Virus record (IMG/VR): IMGVR_UViG_3300025674_000018
Direction: 5' to 3' (one strand)
DNA from: an uncultured virus (IMG/VR IMGVR_UViG_3300025674_000018)
Taxonomy: Duplodnaviria; Heunggongvirae; Uroviricota; Caudoviricetes; Kyanoviridae
Length of the DNA: 64,000 nt
Below the pieces are notes generated by a model. It was given only the letters and a program-made list of their open reading frames with translations. It searched no databases and was not told where the DNA came from. This document shows positions 11,701-23,700 of this stretch, piece by piece (the first letter of the stretch is position 1; each line of letters opens with the position of its first letter). Made by a program: the position numbers and the translations under genes.

Positions 11701-14700
11701 TGCCACGAGACGTGATTATGTCCAAGACATTTATCTAGATCAAAACAAGTCGATCTATTTGGTTGGACACACAGATACTCAGGCACTGGATCCAAATGAT
11801 ATTTGGGTGATTCAATCCAACAATGATGGAGACATCAGAGAGAAGCGTAAGATTGCCTCTCCTGGTGGCGATGAGACAATTACACAGATTAAGTGGATCG
11901 CAAATGATCGCTTCTTCTTTACTGGTGTCAACTTCGACGAAGATAACCTAATCTATGGCGAATTCTTCTTCGATGGCGCAAACATCGAAGTGGATTACGT
12001 CAAACAAATTCCTCCGATTGGTGGTGGATATGTAAGGAATCCTAAGTTTGATATTGATGAGTATGGTGACGTATTCATCATCTGGGATGTCTACAACAAT
12101 GCTTCTGGTAAGTTTGAGAAGATCCAGTTTGGTAAGTTTACTCTGAGTCAGGTCCAAGAAACTTCTCCTTGGAAATTCATCAAAACAATGACTCCTCAGG
12201 GAGACTTCCAGTCAATCAATGTCACTGGGTTGCATGTTGATGTGTTTGGCAATATTGTCATCACAACTGCTTTGGACTATGCAGAAGATAGAAAGGTAAC
12301 AACCATCCACTCCTTGAAATTTGATGGCACCCTACAACAGCAATCGATAATTGAGAATACTGATCAGATTGGATCTAGAAACAAAACTTCTGTCGTTGAC
12401 AACTCTGGTGACATCATCGTCATTAACGAAAGACTGGTGCCAGAGCAATTTGCAGTCTTCAGATTTGATGATGAGAATGATGAGGGTTACGATACAACTA
12501 AGAGAAATATTGGCACATACAGCACTGCACTTCCTGGGAATGCCGACATTGACACTTCAATCTATAGATTTGGCACTGGATCTCTGAAATTGGATGCTCC
12601 CAACAGAGCATTCTACGAAGGCATTGATAGCAGCAGCCTCAACTGGACGGTTGCTGGTTGGTTTAACATGTCTACAGGGCAGTATGCTGCTCTAAACACA
12701 ACTCCTATTTTCTTTGATGTCCTGGAAATCGATGGGTCTTCTGGCGCTCAACTGAGAGTTAATGGAATCAATGGAGATGCTGATGAAGGCAAGATGGAGT
12801 TGAGCATCAATGGTGCTCAGGTCTCTGTTTCCACCTCAACTACAAACTACACTGCATTTGGATCTAATGCATGGGTCCATATTGCACTTGTCAAGGAAAA
12901 CGTTGCTGTTGGCGTTTGGGACTTCACTGTATTTGTAAATGGCAACCCACAGCTAACATATCAGTCTCTGATCGATGTAAACATGGGAGACGTTGGTATC
13001 GGTGGCGATGCTACACAAACTTCTTCTCTGTGCTTTATCGGTAATATTGATGATGTGGTTATCTCTAGCAAGGCAGAATTTCCCGATGGCGCTAGTTTTG
13101 TCCTGCCAACAACTCAGTTTACTGTAACTTCTATTGAGAGCGACATTGTTGCTGTTAAGATCGACAGATCACATGCCTCTGTAAGAAATGCATATACTCT
13201 GACAGAAGCAACAAACCACACCAATCTAACAATATCTGAGTTTACTGCTGCAACTTGGACTACGGTTACATCACAACCTGCAATCGATCAGTGGGATCTT
13301 GGTGCTGGTGGTTTGCAACTGCTCGACTTCTCTGATGCACCGTCACTCTACACAACCATTCAGACATATGTCTGGACAAATACTAAGCAGACCCTAGGGT
13401 CCAAGTCTTCCACCATTCCCGTTAAGAATGGCAAGAAGATGTTTGTCACTCCTAATGTGATTCCCAAATTCTATATCAAGGATGCAAACTACAGCAAGAT
13501 TGATAACATCTACGAATTTACACTCAATCAAAACGCCAAATTTACCAAGGGAGCACTCCTGCAACAGGTCAATGACAGCGGTGTTGTCCAAGCGTATGGC
13601 ACCATTGTTGATGTCCCCGAGGGCACTGTCAATGATCCTGGTCTAGGTAACACCTATAGAGTTGGTAAGATCTTCGGCACATTTAATGATACTGATCTTT
13701 TCCAATCTGATAACCCTCAAGATATCAACACTCTTTCTGGTAAGTTTGTTGGTATTGAAGATGAAAACCTCTGGCAAACTGCAACTGCATATGCAACTGG
13801 AGATAGAGTTTATTATGCTCAGAAAATCTATGAGGCACAAGCAGGTGGCACATCTGGTGTAAATCCACCAACACACACCACAGGTGCTACAAGTGATGGA
13901 TCTATCACTTGGGTGTTTATTAGGACTGCTGGTGAGTTTGTTATCGATATCCAAGAAGAGCCATATCCTAGACCTCAGTATCTTGGTCAAGATATGGAGA
14001 GATGGGATTCCCATGTCCTATATCCTGTTGGGTATAAAGTTTTCTGGAAGAGAAATATCTATCAGGCTTCAGTTGCTGGCACATCTGGCACAACTCCTCC
14101 AGTGCATCTTTCTGGAGATGCTAGCGATGGTGGTGTTACCTGGACTTGGGTTTCCACTGAGTCTGCATTGTCTGACTATGCGAGATTCCTTGGATTTGAT
14201 GCTGGAGCAAACTATCAAGTCAAGATCATTGAAACTCAACCCTCCTCTGCATATATTCCTGGTGATGTGATTGCTCTGAGCTCTGCAAATGTCACTGTAG
14301 ATGATCAGGGTCTGGATAAGGAGAAAATCCTCACTATTAGTGGTCTACCTTCGGTTAAAAAAGTCGAAGTGACTTGCACACTTAAGAAGGACATTAAGAG
14401 GACTAACAATGCTCTCACCGATCTAATTTATGCAACCTCTGTCACTCCTCACAACTATGTTGTGAATGAAGTGTTGTTTACAGAAGGATTCACTGCTGAT
14501 GAATTCAATGGATCTTTCTTTGTCCAAGAAATCTTTGGGTCTAGAGAGTTTATCTTCAAGATTAGAGGGACTGCAACAGGTGAGCCCCAATTCAGTAATG
14601 GATCTATCGGCAACGTGAGAATCTATGCTAAGCACCCAACCCTGGTGTTTATCAGAAATCACCAATATATTTTCGATGTTAGTGATGGGTCTAACTTTGG

Positions 14701-17700
14701 TTATTATCTGTCATTTGCACAGGACAACCAGTATAAACTGGAATACTCCTTCAACAACATCATTAGAGTTGGCACCCCTGGCGTAGCAGGAGTTTCGATC
14801 TCTCCTTATGTGAAATTCTCCGCTATCGGTAACGTTACTAACATTTCTTATTACTTCGATCCTTCTAGAGTTGGAGTAAACTCTCCTGTTGGTGCCAACT
14901 CTTTCGTTGATGTCATCAAGACACCTTTTGATGGCACATTTAAGATTTCGCAGGTTACCAGTCAAACAGAATTCAAATTCCCACTGGAAACCGAGCCAGA
15001 GACAACTCAGGCAGAGATTCAGGACGATCAATTTGGTAATCCATATAGCTACTATTCCACGACCTCAGTTAAGGCGATTGGTCCCATCAACACAATCAAA
15101 CTTGTGTCTCCTGGTGGATTCTATCAGAAACTCCCTGTGGTTGCTGACATTGCTTCATACCGTCAGATTGAAAGAATCGAAATCATTGATGGCGGCACGG
15201 AATATCAGCCTGGCGTTTACTATCAAGTGCCCATCAATGGTGATGGTGAAGGTGGTCTTGCAACAATCACAGTCACTCTTGACGATGAAACTGGATCTGG
15301 TGCAATCTCGGCAACGTCCGTTTCGGATCCTGGTAAAGGATATACCACTGCTTCTATCGATGTTGATGGTATCCCTGGCATTCTCGGACCCACTCTCGCT
15401 GGATCTGGTGCTGCACTGAATGTGGTCATTCCTCAAGAAGGTAGTGGTGCATCTGTCTTCTTGACTGGTAAAAATATCGGTAAGATCAAGAGACTGAAGA
15501 ATAATGAATTTGGTTTCGGTTATTCCCACGACTACACTCTCCGTCCCGAAATCTCCTTCCCAGTTAACCTGCAACTCTTCAATACTTCTATTCTCACAGA
15601 GATCAAGATTACCGATCCTGGTAGTGGTTACACCTCTCCTCCTGCCGTTGTTATTAGCGGTGGCGGTGGCACAGGTGCTGAAGCAGTTGCTATTGTTAAA
15701 AATAACCGTCTGAATGAGATTCAGATCAAGAATCCTGGTGCTGGATACTCATCCGAGCCTGTTGTCACCCTGAAGTCTGAGTTTAACTACGTCGTTAACC
15801 TGGACCTCAACTATCTGCAGTTTAACTTCCCCCACGGTATTACAACTGGTGCAGAAGTCCAGTTGCGTGCAGATGACATTGGCAACACCGTTGGCATCCT
15901 TCCCAAACCGAGCAGCGTTGGTTTGACTCAGTTGGTTGAGGGTCAGATTTACTATGCAATCGCTGATGGTCTTGATTCTGATCAACTGAGATTTGCACTG
16001 ACCCCAGAATCCGCTGGTGCTGGTGACTTTATCACTTTCCTGACCCAAGGCGAAGGTCGTCAAACACTTCTTACTGAGGTGTTTGGTGGTAGAGCGGAAG
16101 CAGTGGTGGCAACCTCCAGATTCCTGTCTGGTGAAAAGATCTACCAAGGATCTTCCCCAGAGTTGGCATCTGCAACTGGTTATGTTTCTACGAATACGGG
16201 TTGGCAGTCTGGTCCTAAGATTCTCAAGATTGTCAACTATCAAGGAAACTTTGTTGCTGGCGAAAAGGTTACTGGTGAGGTGTCTAAGGCATCTGGTATT
16301 ATCGACAACCTGAGCATCGCAAAAGGTGTCCTGAATATCGACTCCCTGACTCAGACTCCTGGTCGATTCATCGATGATGTGGGTAAGCCGTCAGAAATCA
16401 TCCAGAAGATTCAAGACTCCTTCTTCTATCAAAACTTCTCCTACGTTATCAGCTCTGAAATTCCCATTACCAAGTGGAAGAAGCAGATGCTGGATAACAA
16501 CCACCCTGCTGGATTTAAGATGTTTGGTCAGTTGCAGCTGACTGGTGGTAAGGACGTTTCTGGTCGTCGTGTTGGCACTGAGTTTATTAAGCAAGTCAAT
16601 ATCAACGAATATTCCAACGTTAACCAGATCACCTCATTTGGTGCCGCTGAGCCAGTCTATACGGACTACAACAATACTGAAGTCTTGTTTAGAAATAGAA
16701 GACTGACATCTTCTGAGGAAATTTTAACATCTATTGTCAAGAAGATCGACGATATCTCTGGCGACTTTGATGGTGTGGCAAAAGCATTCCCAATTACAGT
16801 GGAAGGCGAGCAGGTAATCGTTAATGATAATCAGTTGATGATCACCCTCAATGGTGTGATTCAATCTCCTCAAACTGCATACACTGTGGTTGGCGGGCAG
16901 ATCGTTTTCGATGAGCCACCTAAGGCAGCATCTCAAGTTAGATATCGCACAATCCGAGTTGCCACTGTCCCTGTCTATAGAATCAATCTTGTCAATCCCC
17001 AGGGTATCTTCCCGACAATTGGTCAGCAAGTTAGAGGCGACTTCTCTGACGCATATGCAACTGTTGTTGACTCTGGCACATTCCATTTGGATGTGATCAA
17101 TATCACTGATGGTCCTTTCCAAATCAGTGAGTTGATCAAGAGGACTACACTCTTTAGCGCAATTGTCGATAGTGTAGTGTTACTGAATACCGAAGGTATC
17201 TACAAGTTTGGTGAGTCTATCACTAACTTTGAAGGAGATACTGCTATTGTTGAGTCTACAAATATTGATGAAAACGGAGACCTCACTGACACACTGCTTG
17301 TTAGCAAAACGTCAGGCACAGCAAAGTATGAAACTGGCATCTTCGATCTAAAACTCAATGAGTATATCTACTCAGCGACAAGTAAGATTGTTTCCCAGAT
17401 CATCTTTATCAGTCCCTATCTTGACCCCAATAATGGTCAACCTGTTGACACACTGATCATCAACGCTGGATCTACTTTCTTCGGTCTCATCTATGAGAGA
17501 CTTGTTGCAATTCAAAACCCGAATATCATCCTCGATGATATCTCGCAGTCTAGCATCACTCCTGTTGAGATTTATAATCCCGAGACCAGAATCAACGAAG
17601 ACTTCCTCGACTTCGAGCAAATCAGAAGCACTGAAATTGAGTATGAGAATCTGCAGGGTGGTGTATTTGCTAAGGGAGATGAGCTCAGAAATAGATCCCT

Positions 17701-20700
17701 CTTCTACAGCAACGTTAGGACAAATGCTACTCCAAGAGCATTTGATGCTGCTCGTCTGATCCGTCTCAACAAAGATGAGATTGTGGATAGAGCTGAAAGA
17801 TGGATTGCTGTTATCCATCCCGACTTCTACTATCCTGGCGATGTCCAGACAAATCCACTTTCCAGATACAAGGACGCAACTCGTATCATCTTCAAGAATC
17901 TCGACAAGATTGTCTTGAATGCATATGATGACATGAAGACTCAGTATCCTGGCACGCTTGCAGGTGACAAGGATGGATATCTTGCAGACATCAGACTTTG
18001 GACAGAGTGCATGGCTCTTGACCTACACTCTGGCGGTAACCAGTATGCCCTGAAGTGGATCAACGAGTATTTCTCCAATAATGCCATCAGCTACGATCGC
18101 GTTACTGCTGAGTTGATCTACATGCTCGGTAAAGCAAAAGAGTATGTCGATGCCTCGATCACAAATAACTATGGTGGTCTCTGGACAGCAGTCAACAGCG
18201 CAGATCAAGCAATAGGTTATGTTGACGAATCTCTGACTGCAGACCAGTCTCCTGGTGATCCTTATGGCACTCCTGGCAGCAATACATCCAACAACGACCC
18301 AGAGTCTTGTAGTGATGTAAGGGCAGCAGTTACTACCATTTGGACATGGCAGGATGAATCTCTTACTGCTGGAAACCTCAACGATGCTCCAGAAGAATCT
18401 AAGCCCTCCTTCACAATCAACCAAGATAAGTGCAGACGTGACATCGGTTACTTTGTCGATGCTATCGCCAATGACGTTGGATCTAATGGCGAATTCAACT
18501 CCCAATTCTTTGCAGAAAACTACTTCGATGAGACTGGTGAGTATCTGCTGAATGGTTTGTATGGCGAAGTCCCCGAATCTATCACTGCCCTGAATAAGGC
18601 AAGGGATATGATGTATTACGCCATGAATAACCTTATGTTTGTTAAGGATCTTGAAGTCCTCCACGATCCCACAACTTATGGTGGCGCTGCTCCTGGTCAT
18701 ACATATGACACCAACTATGCAAATGGCAATAATCAGAGTCTAACCAATTGCTTGGATATCCAGCAAACCGTCAGAGAGTTGGCAAATATTGTCACAACCT
18801 CCCTGTCTGCTGAGAATACCCACAACCTGACAGGTGCAATCTCTTACACCTCCGAGGGTCTTGGTGGTCCTAAGATTGTTGGTCTCTATGCAGATCCAGT
18901 TGCTGCTTACGGCGGTGCTCACAACGGCGAATACATTGACGCTGCAGACCTGCTGCTCAGAAACAAAGAGATGGTTGCTGCTGAAGCACTGTTTGTCTAT
19001 AAGACTGCGAATCCTGGATTTACAGTTTCTCCTGGCAATGATTCCGATTGTATCGACGACATTAAAGATGTTATCGAAGCAATTGCTTACGACATGAAAT
19101 ATGGTGGAAACAGCAGAGTCTATGACGCTGGCACATATTCCATTGCGTATGATAACTCCACAGCAACAGCACAGCAAGTTACCGACATTTATGCAGAAGT
19201 ATCTACTATTGCACAAGATGTCATTAGAAACTCTGCTACCTCCCATGCAGTTTCCAATCTGACTGGCAACACATTTACGGTTGCTGCTCCGATTGTGACC
19301 CTCCAACCTGGAGATTCCTTCACCTACGTTGGATCTGGTAAAGTTAGCACTGCAACCACAACTCATAACGTCATGAGTGCTACTTATGACGAGGTAAATG
19401 GCACAATCACTCTAACAGTTGATGGGACCGTTGGATTTGGTAATGGATCCCAGGTGATTCTGCAGCATCTGCACTTCACCCACGATGAGGGAGATTACTT
19501 CTACCCGAGAGTGTCTATTACTGGTGTCCATGGCAAGAAGCAATTCTTTAATACCACAATTACACCCGATCAGTCACTCACCCCCTGCAATACTCAAACA
19601 TCGCTCTTCCAGACTCTCCTGAGTGTCTATACGTTGTCGTATACCAACGGCAACATGTCGCACGCTACTCGCACTGCTCCCACTGAATACATCATCACCG
19701 ATGGTGGTTATCAGACTGGTGAAGTTATTCGCGTCACTAAGTTTGCATACAAAGGTGCAGATGGTGGCAACAAGCTCTTCTTCGCTGATGAAGTGCTCAA
19801 GGGCATGACTTCTGGTGGAAGTGCAATCATTAAAGGTGCAAACTCTGGTCTGAAGTGGATCTATACAGGCAACGTTACTGGGACTTTCCAGATTGGCGAA
19901 TACATTACAAACAGCACGCTTGAGGTCAACTCTGTCAATCTGAGTAACATCGTATATGACAGCACGATCCTCAATAACACATCAAGCTATGAGTTTGTTG
20001 TTGGTGGATCTTCTTACATCAGAGAAGCAACTCGCACATATGACTTTGGATTTGAAAATGGATCATTCACCTTTGAAGGTAGATTCCGTTTCAACAACTT
20101 TAATGGCACCAAGACTTTGTTTGATAATAGTCTCGATGCTGTGGATACGCTGGGTTGTGATCTGACAGTTGGTAATAGTGGCAACAACATCACTCTGTCT
20201 CAAAACGGGGTAACTGTTGTGCAGACCACTACTGCTGCAATGGCAACCGACACATGGTATCACATTGCAGTGGCTAAAGATGTCACAACATCAACCATTC
20301 GCATTTTCCTGAATGGTGCTGAAGTGGCAAGTGCCGTAGATAATAACAACTATGGCATCAGTCAAGAAATGCACATTGGCGCTGATGCTGCTGGTGCAAA
20401 TAACTTTGAGGGTTACCTCGATAACATCTGCGTTAGAAAGGGTTATGCAGATTTCACTGCAGCATTCACTGTTGCAACCTCAGTTGACTTCACTCGCCTT
20501 GGCGTTGTCCTGGGTCTGAATGCTCAGCAACCAATCATTGTTGGCACTGGTGATGTGTATGCCACACTTGAGGATACTAACCTATCTTCTGCTACTCTTG
20601 GCGCTATTGACTACGAAGCAAAACGTATCACGATTGAAGAGGTTGATCTTGGTGATCAACTCGCTAGAGATGCTGCTGATATCATCAATCTTAACCGTGC

Positions 20701-23700
20701 GTGGATTGCTGAAGAAGCAGTGGGCATTATGCAGGCACATTATCCAGACTTCAACATCCCTGGTGACTATCAGGGTGGTTTGGATGGCACTAACATTTGT
20801 ATCCGAGATACAAAGGACTATATTATCCCTGCAATCGTTTCTGACCTTAGAGATGGTGGTAACTACAACGTCATTGTAAATTCCCGCTTCTATAGAAACA
20901 AGGGTGGCGATCTTAAGTTTATCGGTAACGAGCTGCTTCAAACACTCTATGCTTGGAGAGAAGTTGTCAAACTGTGTCAGTATGTTATTAGCACTAGCGA
21001 TACTGATCTGACTGGCACATATACGACAAAACTGCGTGTCCCCCATTCTCTGAGTGGCACATCTGCAGTTGAGTCTCGCCTTGATACTCTGGGTGATACA
21101 ATTGCTGATGAGTTGGCACCCACTGGTCATAGATTCAGAAACGCTGGGGATCTGATCTGGAAAAACCGCGATTATATTGCCGAGGAGACAGTCGGACATA
21201 TCGAGAATCTGTATACCATTAGTCTTGGTGGCAATAACGTCCAGACTTTGATCATTCCCGATAGATCTGCTTGCATCAGAGACCTCAAGGAATACATCTT
21301 GCCCGCAATCATTGGTGACTTAGCAACTGGTGGAAACTATCAGACACAAGCTGCTATTGATTTCTACCTCAATAGTGATAACGAGATTCTCTTTATTACA
21401 AATGAGTTGCAACCGATGCTCGATGCGTTTGAGTTTGCCAAGACTCTTTGTGAGAAGGCAGTGAATAATCTGCTGCTGTCTCCTGGAGAGACTGCTGCTG
21501 AGCAGGGTGCTGCTGCCATCTATCAAGATGAATACTACACTGCAGTATACACAAACAGATCTGCATATAGAGATTCTGATGTTACTCTAGATCCCAAGCA
21601 ATACGACCAGACAAGATCTCAGTCTGATCGCTATGTTGACGCTGCAAATATGATCGAGCGCAACAAGCACATCATTGCCAAGGAAGCAGTTGGCATGATG
21701 AATGACTTGTCCAAGTTTGCAGACTTCCAAGTCCCTGGTGGTCAGCAAAATTGCATTGATGACGTTGTTGGAATTCTTGATGCTCTGGTCCATGACATCA
21801 GATTTGGTGGCAACGCCGAAATCTACGAAGCAGGTAAACTCTACATTAGAGAAGATGGATTCCTCTCACACATTGAAGGTGAGGAAGAAGCAACTAAGAC
21901 TGTGTTTAAGTTTGCCAGAGATATGGCAATTCTGACAATTAGAAACGGTTTCGGTCGTTTCAACATTGACGGTCACAATGATAGCTCCTATACATTTGAA
22001 TCTTACGAGAGAAATGGTGCCAGCGACAACAGAATTGCTGCTGCAAGATCTATTGAAGAAAACGTCCGTTTCATCGCTGAGGAAGCAGTCCTGCGTGGAG
22101 TTGCTCAATATCCCAGTCTGACCATCCCTGGTGGTAACATCAACTGCGTCCACGACGTTGCAGATGTAATCTACTGGATGTCTTGGAACCTGCAGAATGG
22201 TGGCGATAACATGATGGTAACATCTGCAGAATTCTATATTTCCCAAGGCAATCTTCAGCATATTACTTCTCAGAGCACTGAGTCCATCTGGATCTTCAAC
22301 ACCGCTAGAGATATTGCTAAGCAAATCTATCAAGGCGGCAACCCAACAGTTTCTCCTGGTAACACCTACAGTGTTAAAGCGATTGACACAGCAATCAGCG
22401 ACACCGATGTGGATACTGAAGTCAATGCACTCATCCAAGTCGTAACTGATACGATTGCCGATCCTAGTGGTGGAGATCTTGTTACATATCCTAAGAGTGC
22501 TGCCACCTACACAGGATCTCTGCCAAATATTTGGCCATGTAAGTATTCTGGAGACCTCCCAATCAGAGATCTGGATGTTACTTGGGACTTCAGTGTGGGC
22601 GGCTCGGGATCGGCAGATTGGAATCAAGCATGTGCAACTCAAGCAGGTGCCATCACAACACTCATGGACATCCTTGTCCAAGGTGTTAATGAAGGCATTG
22701 CAGGTAACGGTCTGAATTACTACGGATCTACTGTTACCAAGGTTGATGGCACATATATTGCCCCAACCGAATACAACATGGGTAGCTGCTATGACGTGCG
22801 TCAGGCAATTAACACCCTGTTTGACCTCTATATGACTGCCTTTGCCTCTGGCACTAACAGCAATAAGGTTGATGCACGCCTGATCCACTTCAACAGAGAA
22901 GCAATCAAAAAGAGAGCATACGATCAGACGGTCACCTTCTATCCCGCATATGCAGGCGATGCTGACTTTGCAGATCAAGTTATTGACGCTGTAATCTACG
23001 ATATCATCACCAAAGGCAATAACGCTGCGTTTGATAAACTGTCAACTTGGTTTGATGGCGATGGCAACTTCATCGTCTACACAAACGTTACTCGCACACA
23101 CCTGATCTACCACCTCACTCGTATCAGAGAGTATGTGAAATCAATCATCTATTCTCCCACCTCTGCTGGTTGGCAACCCTACATCACAACTCCTGGCATC
23201 TACATTCCACCCAATAGACCTGAGTGGGATCAAGAATCCACTGAGTATGACATGGATTCTTCCATCAACCCATTCGAGTATGCTCTGGAGAGATCGCAAT
23301 TCCCCACAGAAACCAAGACAACATTTGTGCCTTCTACTGACGTTGTGAATCTTAGCACAACCTATGATGAGGGATATGATTGGAATACAGATCCTCAGCT
23401 CGTGGTGCTCACCCCAACAGTTCCAGTTGGATATGATAGAGCAGAATACAGAGTTAGAATCAACCGTGCCAACTTCTTCCGTCGTGGCGATGTTGTCCAA
23501 TATATTCCCACATCTGGCAATCTTCTGAGTGGTATCAATCAGACATATTACTATATCCTCAATGCCGATTCTACCTTCTTCGAGATTGGTGAATATAGCA
23601 CACATGATGCAAGATATCAACCGTTTGCTCTGGACACATCTGATACAAATGAGCACCTTTTCCAAGTTGTTGTCAGATCTGGCATTGTTAGAGAAACTAC

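Noticed and set aside
14630..14870. Cupredoxin-like segment in g7 (HPTLVFIRNHQYIFD...)
   Set aside because: It resembles the start of the 29030 domain but lacks the His/Cys/His/Met ligands, so it is not called as copper-binding.
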